Virus record (IMG/VR): IMGVR_UViG_3300031952_000016
Span: 1-63,102 of that record
Strand: one strand, 5' to 3'
Source of the DNA: a virus
Taxonomy: Duplodnaviria > Caudoviricetes
DNA: 63,102 bases
Both the position numbers and the translations under genes were made by a program. Positions 18,301-26,600 of this stretch are shown here, piece after piece; position 1 is the stretch's first letter; every line of letters begins with the position of its first letter. The notes below the pieces were generated by a model, which was given only the letters and a program-made list of their open reading frames with translations, was not told where the DNA came from and did not search any database.

Positions 18301-19754
18301 GTAACTACTTTGTCTTGTATTTTAAACATTCTTCCTTCGTAGTCATTGTTTATTACAATATCTGTAGCGTGTAACTGCTCAGGAGTCATTGTGTTTATCA
18401 GTTCGTCAATTTGTTGTACTGAAACTTTTTCTCCATTAACTTCATAAGAAGGTTTAGCAAGTCTTGCCTGAATAGTAGAACGAACACCTCCGGGTAATTC
18501 AGCAAGTCCTTCAAGTGCTATTTCAGATACATCCATATCCTGACCTATAGCTAAACGAGCTGCTGCCTCTCCTGCAGAACCTCCTAAAGATTCAACAGCC
18601 GAGCCTGCTGCGACTGATTTTGTAACTGCTTGTTTTGTAGCAGTTCCAACTGATGACTTAGCGGCTGACTTTGTAAGTATTTTAGCACCAACGCCTGAAG
18701 CAAGTTTACCTGTAAGAGCGTCTACAGTACCTATTATTATACCTCTTGCAATCGCTCTATTTCTAATTGATTGTAATTTTTCAGGGTCCTCAAGAATGGC
18801 TCTTACGTTTTCTTTATTAAGGTCTTTCCCTTCTAGTTCTTCGTTAAGTAATTCTCCAAATGTAGAGCCTGCCTCTACTACCGTACTTGCTAATCCAAAC
18901 GCATAAGGAACAGCGCTTACTGCACCTGCTAAAGCACCCGGAACAGCACCTGCTCCTGCAAATTCAGGAGTAGCTATTGCTCCTGTAACTGCACCTCTTG
19001 TGGCTCCTACTCCTATAGCAGCACCTCCTGCTTTTAAAGCATCGGTATTTGTAGCCATTGAAATTATAGAACTCGATAGTACTTCAGGGATAATACTTGG
19101 GTTATTGGCTAATCCTTTTATAACTCCCCAAAATCCTTTACCTTCTTCCTCGTATATTTTATTGTAGTCTTCCATCTCAGCAGAAGATTTTAATTGCTGA
19201 GCACTCTTATTTGCGTCTATAAATTTTTGTATCTGTTCAGGAGTGGCTTTATGCCCTTTTAATAGCAAATCGTCAGCTACTTGAGCAACCTCTCCTTGTC
19301 TATATCCTGAGGCAACACTACGTGCCATATCATCAACAAAATCTCCTATACCTAAAGGAACAATATTGTCAAATCCTCTTAATACATTACCAAAGCCTCC
19401 TGTAAAATAATCTTCTTCTTCGTCAATTGGCTCTTTCTTAGGAGTTATTTTCTTAGGAGGTAACTGCGTAGCCGATAAACCATCTTCCGCAGGTAATTCC
19501 GTAGTACCTTGTTGAGGAATTGGATTTTCTGACGACCCAACAGTATTTTTTTTTTCAGTAGTTAACGAACCGACACCCATAAGTGTTTTATACTCGTCAA
19601 TACTTTTTGAATATCCGTTAGTAACAAATACATCATACGAGTCTTTTAACGCTTGAGGATTTACGTTTATTAATTTCTTATATTCATCAAAGCTTTTAGT
19701 GTATCCATTTGATACAAATACGTCATACGAGTCTTTTAATGCTTGTTCGTTCAT
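12318..19754 (-). CDS. very large (2478 aa) putative internal virion/ejection protein
   Basis: Size, Ala/Gly-rich hydrophobic N-terminal region, last position in the structural operon. Confidence 0.65.
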   Translation of the reverse strand: MNEQALKDSYDVFVSNGYTKSFDEYKKLINVNPQALKDSYDVFVTNGYSKSIDEYKTLMGVGSLTTEKKNTVGSSENPIPQQGTTELPAEDGLSATQLPPKKITPKKEPIDEEEDYFTGGFGNVLRGFDNIVPLGIGDFVDDMARSVASGYRQGEVAQVADDLLLKGHKATPEQIQKFIDANKSAQQLKSSAEMEDYNKIYEEEGKGFWGVIKGLANNPSIIPEVLSSSIISMATNTDALKAGGAAIGVGATRGAVTGAIATPEFAGAGAVPGALAGAVSAVPYAFGLASTVVEAGSTFGELLNEELEGKDLNKENVRAILEDPEKLQSIRNRAIARGIIIGTVDALTGKLASGVGAKILTKSAAKSSVGTATKQAVTKSVAAGSAVESLGGSAGEAAARLAIGQDMDVSEIALEGLAELPGGVRSTIQARLAKPSYEVNGEKVSVQQIDELINTMTPEQLHATDIVINNDYEGRMFKIQDKVVTSAIKKEVRTANPNLNEPSLNAITELEKELKGLEGNKTQTGKDKASLLKGKIKDIQENQLADEVVSEVEGSFETPEISRLDDYNKRILEDEKSYDWEKELANEYFADKRKYIEKTLEIAKKALKENPESGFDKGSVEKSEKALKELDNLKTKQDAIQEQTANESVLRTEQPELGLQEMGEGDTQGGTITTSQPEEVKGTFLDNILGKIYEYTDPITGDKLKGNIFFDGQEVVFTDSNKEFSLGTVQDVLSDNSLNAKEVTPNFNISEDGGITILKEIDGVPEGKITPQGTGLKSIKTDKNGNVKRVVITDVNGVTHSIKGELANDLAEVMMFDLAKQGGLTKKINSDATARESFNRGVREANAKRKSKNTQGSVQGLDRGGRTGELTPAPETVVEVKPQEIDVVTEPAPTAETPAVEEVTPVIEEPTPVAETPVVEEVSPVVAKPLTDKVQQRIAQIDNAIEVLFETNGPDTSAWVNPASNYDLITLRRAKKAFESDAQSVKTFLNTRMGERYSEIEFKFEDLNEAPTPKPKTKPKAAPETKFEDKAKKIADEIMKLELPDWAVAEGAKGSAKQGVDSTVLKRAFADSVIKLGQLMDAGVEFSKALKEASKDLVGLLGQKNRDKIEDEILNKFNKGEKLSEQALKGYDKFSSVVDSAISGGKTIDDALNYMNRSDVYKRANDVQKELLVREVRKKFGLSQKSAPSVGKLFGTIKDIKKITMTEKELLIKQIRDKIRGAKDVIKTTKEISQQLVKEIKELESSGKITPTQSLNMISKFSKVNMLNEISVSNFVDYMAKVFADADYDNKINVAKGKLKTAKKNINTKIGIADGLIGPLQRLLSINPSLIPIKNLERYIELVDMFSERKAVLTLEEKSKIINDVNDILDEINNERSAVDELSQRFNYSENQVIEDGKLNYAATVKKMLKEGEITEEEAELMNKYKSEIIPQVEKTQATDAEIQKEKDDLLKEVGKLSINSDELPTRIERDAAKKLASLLKTSAVKELTNAQLKNLLKVIDNINNGYFAHSAQLIIEELNSNNNKKSLVSSVKRAVLLPLSKIYARVKSVITKKDYVLEMIRRNPLFNIDQIFSDFKTKDIFNSILEKAAEGEAKFTAELKAIQLKLSNAEEKIAKSHSLNPDATLMAKFKMMTYMVQLEHNSNPDSKQVNPAAEFLKATIKHIDEGKSQFEERDANMLQEILDKFAPNGEIDIDELYNSFNSAEKAGIKTIQEVNQSLTEKAEYTASVIRGQRINPLSNYIHLNVLSDTKPNDLQSGESFADQYNNSLKPSTKAKSLIERTGKVSPLNFDVFASVNKGAKFVLMDYNLTEPIRTARKTINKAITELENQGRISKDKRKIINAIKNSFEEAVEGLVQNSYMETSIGDDVIDYIKKQGYRSILAGTGRFAAEFLSNVGFVIISDPTTFAEGLKYTSTLMSPDAPLIMHNVNSKEINRIFPSDTLSGRLIDTNILSQANGIRGGKAKNKVVNKAQQIWNLTGKKYKNAVELTADVLITTPDKAIMRPIWFGAFAANFKKQTGQDIDFEKIAANDEAYMNQNIEAIDKAKDAADERSVITGASNNTFTGILKGTSKPNQSNFIKGFNNFNNFMTRFLIYEYTSARTGIMAAMGNGSLSKKQGIALLGAVTTRMTVYSLLSKALGSGLIGLLFGDDDEEEEKALDKSIGQALTSTFTSLLFNRDFGNATKMFINKGLEMFNEEYLQDLREGPYDPYKDAIQYTSIPIEKKGKQTGLYDYAESFSGAFGPAIKTTNLIIKTYSGGDKKEADAIQRQEDVKNIRIPLEVLGNAGFIPLYKDIRKTVMNNIYKDLKNPPAIEQKVDEKLNEKVEVLDKLLEKNSNPKLEEALETKRNELLTESPEEKAQLTAERKAEKEAKSQLLINPITNESYDNEEDLKKYNRRLWNKNFGPRSQWYKDHKYEKQANEKMNEEITKKEEKEYNYRKSTSDKSSYGSSYGSSYGSSSERYNSDGTVVRKSKTYK

Positions 19755-19766
19755 ATTTCTTATTTA

Positions 19767-21608
19767 TTAATAGCTTCCTATTCTGCTTTGTGCGTTACCT
19801 GATGTTGTTGTTTCTTTTCCTATAGCTTTTAGCTTACCTGCCGCAGGCACAGCTTCTAGTATTTTTTGTAAATCAGTTGCGTGCCCTGCAGCGGTATCTT
19901 CATCTTCATTAGAATTTAACTCTATAGTTTTTGGAGTTGTTCCCTCTGTATATTTTATTGTAATAGTATTATTTCCGGGTAGTTTTGGATACTTCTCTAC
20001 CACCTGTATTCCCGGAACATCTTTAAGCATTACTTTTAGTTTGGAAACAGTAGGTCCTACTTTGTTACCTGTAAACAAATCAGGAGTTACTTTGTCAATT
20101 ATATTTGTTTTATATTCTCCTTCAACATCTCTTTCTGCTGCAAGTCCTGTTCCTGAGAAAGTAGTGTTAAATTTCTTACCAATCTTCATATTCTTAAACA
20201 CTAAGTCTTGAGGGAAATTCTGACCTGTAGCTCTTAATAGACCTCCAATAACAGCTCTACCTCCTGCGGTAACATCTCCGTCTTCTGTTTCTAATAAAAC
20301 ATACTTTCCTGTTTCGTTATTCATAATATAATTTCCTTTAGGTTTTCCTGCAGGATTAACCATAATATCAGCACCCATACCTGTGAAATAGGTAATAGCT
20401 TCTTTCTTCTGAGCGTCAGTTCCGTAAAGGAAGTTCGATGTATTAACTGCAAAGTTTTTAGCATCTTTCTCCATATTAGTTTGAGCATTTTCTTCAGAAG
20501 TTTTAGGTCTTCTTTCTTGTAATTGACTTTGAGCAGTAGGTTTAATACCTCTTTCTAAATCTATCTTACTGTATATTTTTTTAGCAACAAAATCTGAAGC
20601 CTCTTCATATTGCTTTTTGTAATTAGGACCCTCTTCATCTATTGTTGGTAAATTAGTTATAGGGTCAATTTTTAGCAGTATTTTAGTAGGGTCTTTAGCT
20701 GCCTCTGCTTTGTCATATATAAAAGAACTTGGATTATATTTTCCTAACTCATCTCCTAATATAGAAGTTAAATTATAAGGATTTTGAAAATAACTATCGA
20801 TTTGTAAAGATATACTATCCTTCGTATCTTTTACTATTTTTTGAGTAACAGGGTCTTTTTTTGTGGCTAAAAAGTCAGGTCCCATAAGTTCAGTAATACT
20901 TCCTGCTTTAGCGGTAGTAGCGGCTTCAATTAAAAAATCTTTACGAGTTCCAAGACCATCTACATAAGAGGTAGTAACTTCATCGACTTTAAATTTTAAA
21001 GGCTTATGCATCATTTTTGACATAGCCACATTTACAGGAACTGCATTTGTAGAAAGAACTTTTACCTTCTTTCCATCTATAATTTTATTTTCATATAAAT
21101 TAATACCAACTCTCCCATCTCCAAGTGAATCAATAGTAGCTACAGAGGAACTGAAATTACCTATACCTTCTACGCTACTCATATTGCTAATAGTAAGTCC
21201 TGATTGAAGTGTTCCATTATCAATGTCTGCCATTGTTTTAGCTGCCTCTGCTTGATATACTTTAGATAGGTTAAATAACTGACTTGTTCCGTCAGTATAA
21301 TTCTGTCTTCTTAGTCTATATTGCTTTTCACTCATTCGACCTGACTTAAATAATTTCTCATCCATTAACATTTGATTTGTCATTAAGTCAACGTAGTTGT
21401 TCGTGAAGCCATTTACATCTTGGTTTTCTCCTTGAGGAGCGTTAGCCAAGTTGTTCATATCTTCACGAGTAGCCTGATTATAAGCTTCTTTCTTTTCTTC
21501 CCGAATACGGTTAGCCTCAGAAAGGGTATCTGTTAACTCTTTCCCAACCTCAAACCAATTTACATCTGAATCAGCACTCCGTTCCGCATATTTATATCCT
21601 AAAGGCAT
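19767..21608 (-). CDS. putative internal virion protein
   Basis: 613 aa; lies between the pilot-like and giant proteins. Confidence 0.55.
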   Translation of the reverse strand: MPLGYKYAERSADSDVNWFEVGKELTDTLSEANRIREEKKEAYNQATREDMNNLANAPQGENQDVNGFTNNYVDLMTNQMLMDEKLFKSGRMSEKQYRLRRQNYTDGTSQLFNLSKVYQAEAAKTMADIDNGTLQSGLTISNMSSVEGIGNFSSSVATIDSLGDGRVGINLYENKIIDGKKVKVLSTNAVPVNVAMSKMMHKPLKFKVDEVTTSYVDGLGTRKDFLIEAATTAKAGSITELMGPDFLATKKDPVTQKIVKDTKDSISLQIDSYFQNPYNLTSILGDELGKYNPSSFIYDKAEAAKDPTKILLKIDPITNLPTIDEEGPNYKKQYEEASDFVAKKIYSKIDLERGIKPTAQSQLQERRPKTSEENAQTNMEKDAKNFAVNTSNFLYGTDAQKKEAITYFTGMGADIMVNPAGKPKGNYIMNNETGKYVLLETEDGDVTAGGRAVIGGLLRATGQNFPQDLVFKNMKIGKKFNTTFSGTGLAAERDVEGEYKTNIIDKVTPDLFTGNKVGPTVSKLKVMLKDVPGIQVVEKYPKLPGNNTITIKYTEGTTPKTIELNSNEDEDTAAGHATDLQKILEAVPAAGKLKAIGKETTTSGNAQSRIGSY

Positions 21609-21630
21609 AGCTTATATTTTTTTATTTATC

Positions 21631-22371
21631 CTAAAATTTACGATTAGCTCTTCCCGTTCCAAATCCCGGTCCTCCTACGCTTGAAAAAATTGAATCGTAA
21701 GCGGTTGCTCCAAAAATAGGGTTTCTATCTGATGCAAGACTTTGAAATGCAGGATTAGCTCCATTTACATTCGTTCCTGATGTTGTGGCTTTAGATAAAT
21801 CAAACTTATCTTTTCCATCTTTAAAGTATAATGGCAGTAAATTAAGACCTTGACTAGCAAAACTTGATACTCCTTGAAACCCTTGAGCGATTTGTGCTGC
21901 TCTTGATTCTGAGGCATCTCTTGCTATTTGCTGCTGTCCTTCAACTTCTCCTAAATCCAACTGTACGTTTAAGTCTCTAAGACGACTTTGCTCTGCTATT
22001 TGTTGTCTCTCAATTTCGGTCATCTCTGCACCCATAGCAGTTCTTACTCCTGCTTGAGCTTCGTTCTGAGCCATCATTACTTTTCCTGCTGTAGCTGCTG
22101 CTCCTCTATCTGATTCTACTCCTGCCTCTATAGCCTGAGCACCTGCAGAAAGTAAAGCTTCTCTTTGAAGTTCGTAAGGCTCTTTCTTTACAGCCATCTC
22201 ATCGGTAAAGTTTATACCTAGTTTTTTTCTAGCTTCATCCATTGCCGCCTGAGCTGACGCTTCTGCCTCTCTTTGTTTCTGCTTTTGCTTTCCTGCTTGA
22301 ACAAACGAGTTTGTCGTAGTGGCTGCTGTAATTGCTAACCCTCCTATTGCTACTGCTGTTGCTACTCCCAT
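21631..22371 (-). CDS. putative ejection/pilot protein
   Basis: Hydrophobic Ala/Gly N-terminus followed by an Ala/Gln coiled coil. Confidence 0.6.
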   Translation of the reverse strand: MGVATAVAIGGLAITAATTTNSFVQAGKQKQKQREAEASAQAAMDEARKKLGINFTDEMAVKKEPYELQREALLSAGAQAIEAGVESDRGAAATAGKVMMAQNEAQAGVRTAMGAEMTEIERQQIAEQSRLRDLNVQLDLGEVEGQQQIARDASESRAAQIAQGFQGVSSFASQGLNLLPLYFKDGKDKFDLSKATTSGTNVNGANPAFQSLASDRNPIFGATAYDSIFSSVGGPGFGTGRANRKF

Positions 22372-22372
22372 A

Positions 22373-22783
22373 TTATAATATTTTTATCATTTCACTTGTG
22401 TATCCTTGTCCTTCAGACCAACCTTGGGCAGTATAGGTTTTAATTAAACTTTTGTTTTTAATCAATGCATATCCGTATTTACTTCCTGTGTTTTTACAAA
22501 TATTAGTAAGAGATTCTATTAATAGTCTTATTGCCTCTTTCCTTTTATCTTTTACTCGATACTCTTTGTTGGATATTATCCAATCAACCCAAGCAACTTT
22601 TGAATTTGTAATGTATATAAAACCTGCACAAATTGGTGTATCTCCATCGTAAATTATCAAACCTCCTTTACCATCGTCAGGTAAGAAATCTCTTACAGGT
22701 GCTTCCCAATTCCATTGCTTCCACCAACCTACGAGAATTTCTTCGTAATCGCCTTCCTTAAGAGGTCTAATAGTTAACTCCAT
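22373..22783 (-). CDS. GNAT-fold protein of the virion module
   Basis: TIRPLKEGDY start, ICAGFIY, WIISN; such genes commonly precede podophage ejection genes. Confidence 0.6.
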   Translation of the reverse strand: MELTIRPLKEGDYEEILVGWWKQWNWEAPVRDFLPDDGKGGLIIYDGDTPICAGFIYITNSKVAWVDWIISNKEYRVKDKRKEAIRLLIESLTNICKNTGSKYGYALIKNKSLIKTYTAQGWSEGQGYTSEMIKIL

Positions 22784-22790
22784 ATTGTTA

Positions 22791-22798
22791 CAAAGATA
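22791..22798 (-). promoter_or_regulatory. Bacteroidota -7 promoter box
   Basis: TATCTTTG on the - strand, just upstream of the ATG at 22783. Confidence 0.6.
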
Positions 22799-22804
22799 TT
22801 AAAT

Positions 22805-23632
22805 TTAAGGAAAACTTTTCATTACGTTAGATTCCGCTACAAACAACTCGATTTTACTGTTAAAAGCATTTTCAAGTGTAAATGTACAATAATGCCCCAA
22901 AACTCCGTGCGATTCTGCAACTGAATTTTTAATATATAAAAAGTAATTTGTATCAGTCGGAATTGGCGTTGTAGCAGGTGTAAGCATATTGTTGTTGATT
23001 ACAATTTGATTTATACCTGAAGGATAGTCTACGTTTACATCTGTAACAGGTCCTGCAAAAACAGGATTATTACCTGATAAAAAGTAAACATAATCTCCTA
23101 CACTTATGATATTCCCTATTGCTACAAGAGGAGATATGCTAAAGTTTATTACTGCACTGTTAGTACCTTTTCCTGTAACAGTTGTGCTACTACCTATACC
23201 ATTAACACTTCTAAGAGCAAGTTGTCCTAGTGAGGTATTTCTTACAAAAGCAAAGTACGAAGCTTCTTTTCTATCAAACCAATTCCCGTCTATAAACCCT
23301 GAGTATTGCAAGTCAGTTTCTAAAGTAACTCCCCAAGGAGCATCTCCTTCTAAGCTAATGGTCTTAAATAGCTTGTTCTCAATAGGAGAGGTATTAAATA
23401 CACTTTGAAGTCTTGAAGGAGTAAATGCATTTGGAGAAGGCACTATGTCGTCTTTTAAATCCCACCACGGTTGATAGAATGTATTACGAATTTCATTTAC
23501 ATTATGTCTGTAAAGATTTCCTCCTTTGAAGGTATAGAAAAAATTGTTCATTCCAATCATCCAATCAGGTTGATAAGAGTAAAAAGATACCCAACCGGCA
23601 ACTCCTTCGCTATATGATAATGTGTAATTCAT
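22805..23632 (-). CDS. tail structural protein (nozzle C-terminal-like)
   Basis: TLSYSE..GWVSFYSY.PDWM pattern; follows the large tail protein. Confidence 0.6.
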   Translation of the reverse strand: MNYTLSYSEGVAGWVSFYSYQPDWMIGMNNFFYTFKGGNLYRHNVNEIRNTFYQPWWDLKDDIVPSPNAFTPSRLQSVFNTSPIENKLFKTISLEGDAPWGVTLETDLQYSGFIDGNWFDRKEASYFAFVRNTSLGQLALRSVNGIGSSTTVTGKGTNSAVINFSISPLVAIGNIISVGDYVYFLSGNNPVFAGPVTDVNVDYPSGINQIVINNNMLTPATTPIPTDTNYFLYIKNSVAESHGVLGHYCTFTLENAFNSKIELFVAESNVMKSFP

Positions 23633-23634
23633 AA

Positions 23635-26600
23635 TTATAATTCAGTTGGTAAACAAACTCGTATAGCATCCCATCCTGTACCTACACTGCCTGTTATTCT
23701 TATATTAACTTCATTAGATGCTATATAATCTGCAGCACTATATATCCACCAAATTCTTTGTTGGTAATCAGTTGTAAGAGGTAAGGTCGTTATTCCTGTA
23801 GCAGCTGTAAATTGAGTCATTCTAGTTGGAACAGTTCCTTTATCGGTCCCTATAAATTGGTCTGTTGCATTAGCTTGCAATACAGTAGGAACAACATCGG
23901 AAGGTCTAGTTCCGTAGTCATTATCAAAAGGACCTGAATTATTAGCAGCGGTCATACTACTTGTTGATTTCTTGATATACGAAGTACCTACCTTATGTAT
24001 TATCTCTAACTTATCAGGCACTGCAGCAGGTTTGAAATCAAATATAATAACACCTCCTGAAGGATTGTCTAAAATAACAGTAAGGTCATATATACCTGTT
24101 TCTCCTTCAGTTTCAACAGGCACGCCACAAGGCACTCCACAAGTAGGACAATTTTGTTTAGGTAGTAATACTCCATCTACAAGTTGTCTTACAATACCTC
24201 CTAATGAATAGAATCCATTTGCTGCAAATACAGTTAAATCGCTATTAGTAAATATTGATGTAGCCGTAGCGAACGGAGCGTTTAAATAGTAATTATCATC
24301 CGTACAATCACAACAAGCATCTTCTTTACTTGTAAGTGCGTAACATAATTCAGTAAAAAGAGACGTTCTTAAATCCCATAATAAATAAAGATATTCTCCA
24401 TCTACAACATCAGGAGTTATAAAGCTTGAGTAATACAAAGGAGAGCTACCTAAAATTGGAGTAGCTGTTATTGATTCATTGATTAAATCTTGAATCTCAA
24501 TACTATTGTTTTCATATAAAACAGAGCTTCTAAGGTATCTAAATTTATTTTTCTCAGGATTAAATACAAAGTCATCAGGGTTTATTCTGTTTGTAGACAA
24601 TATCATCGTGCTTCCTGCAGGAGGATAAGCTCCTTGACCTGCAAATCCTGAAGAAATATTGTACCTAGACACTAATGGAGTTTCTGTTCCACTATCGAAT
24701 AAAACAAGATTAGATAATAATGGACCTATAAAATTATCATTAGTATATCTATACTGAGTATGTATTGTTTTCCCTGAATCTGCGTTATCTGTTAAGACAA
24801 CTTCCACAATTTTTACCTCTTCAGAAATAGGACAATCAGATGTTACAGAAACAACCATATCTCCTTTATATGTTATTGTTATTTCTGCAGTACTAACAGA
24901 TATATTATTTTTGTTAAAAGATATAGTTCCATTTGAAGCAGTTTCTATAGAATCTACAACTACTCCATTATAGTTTACGCTTATCTGTATAGAGGCTCCT
25001 TCTTGAATACTTGTAAATACCCAATTTATATCTGAAATTCCTACAATAGCTCCTAAATTAACGCAGTATATCTCTTGTTTTTCTTCTATCAAGTCTTCTG
25101 ATGATAAAGTAAATGTTTGACTAATACCACATCCTATACATTGAGGGGTTGATGGTAATGGTTGGTCATTCATAGATAGTACATACTCGTTCATATAAGG
25201 GTCGTAACCTCCTAGTTTTTGATAATTGAACGAAGAGTTAAATTCATCTCTAAACCAAGTTCTCATATTTTGATTAGAGATAGCTACCAATTCTTCATTC
25301 TGAGTATCTCCTCCTTTTAATTGGAGAACAACTCCACGTTTTACATCTGTAAAGAACCTATCAAATCCCCATTGAACATAACTTTCAGGATTGAAACTAA
25401 TACCATACTTTTCAGTACGTGCTATTTGCGTTCCTAAGACCTCAGGAGTGGCTGTAATTATACCTCCGGCACTTGCATCAGACAATAAATTTTTCTCCGC
25501 TAAAACGTAAGATATTTTATCTTCTTGTAAAACCAACACATCTGTATTTCTTGCATCTAAAAGTTGTATCTCTCCGAATGAAGACTCGCATTTTTTAAAG
25601 TTTAATAGTCCTGAGTTAAATTGGTTTAATCTATTAATATTTGATTCATTATTATAAACTCCACTATATGTTATATCTGACATTCTGTGAGCTTTTTTAT
25701 AATCTTGAGCTGAAACAGTAGTTACTCTTTCTCCTAGATTGAAACTTCTTCCAACTATTGAGTCTCTAATTTTATAGCTTTCTGCTCCGTTACCAAAAGC
25801 AAAGCAGTTAAAAAATTCAGTATCTACAACACCGTTTATCCCTGCGCTTATATCTTGATTCGTAACATTACCTAAGTGGTTTCCATCTTCATCAATAGCG
25901 AACGACAATTCATTTTCAAAGAAAATATCAGGTAAAGCATCTTGAGGTTCTGTCTCAAAAATAATTGTATTTAAAGCTCTTAGTATCTGAATAGTAACAT
26001 TTAAACGATACTCTCTACGGCTAGGTCTTGAGAATCCTCTACACGCTTTACCTATTGTCAACTGAAGTATTGTTTCGTTTGTTATATCGTCAGTATAAAA
26101 CTGAAGATATTGTGGACCAAAACTCTCTATATCTAGTATTCCTTTTGTAGGAATATATACCAAACTAGTTACATCATCCTTTGGCGTTCCTGTACTTAAT
26201 AAAGCACCTATGTTATCGCCATTCCACCAATCTTCAAAACTATCATAATCAGCAGAAGATTGAATCTCTCTTTGAAATAAATACCCTAGAGGGTCGCATT
26301 TTCTTCCTGAAAAACCTGCTCTATTCCAATTAAAATCTAAAGTGATTATACTTCCTGCAGGAATTGAGTAGTCTTTATACTCCCAAAAAGGGTGTAAATC
26401 GTCAAAACCTGCTCCTTTAAATTCATTAACGCCATACTTCATCATTCCGTAATTACCATCAAAAGTATAATCGTATTCGGCTCCAAGATTTACAAAAGCA
26501 TCAGGAGCTACAACTGCTAAAAAACTATTTGGGTTTATCTTAACGTATAGACCTGCAGGAGGAGTTATATCTCCAATAACAGTAATATCTCCTGATGCTT

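Noticed and set aside
12318-19754. Virion RNA polymerase
   Set aside because: No DxDxD catalytic motif in a plausible context was seen; host-type promoters are present.
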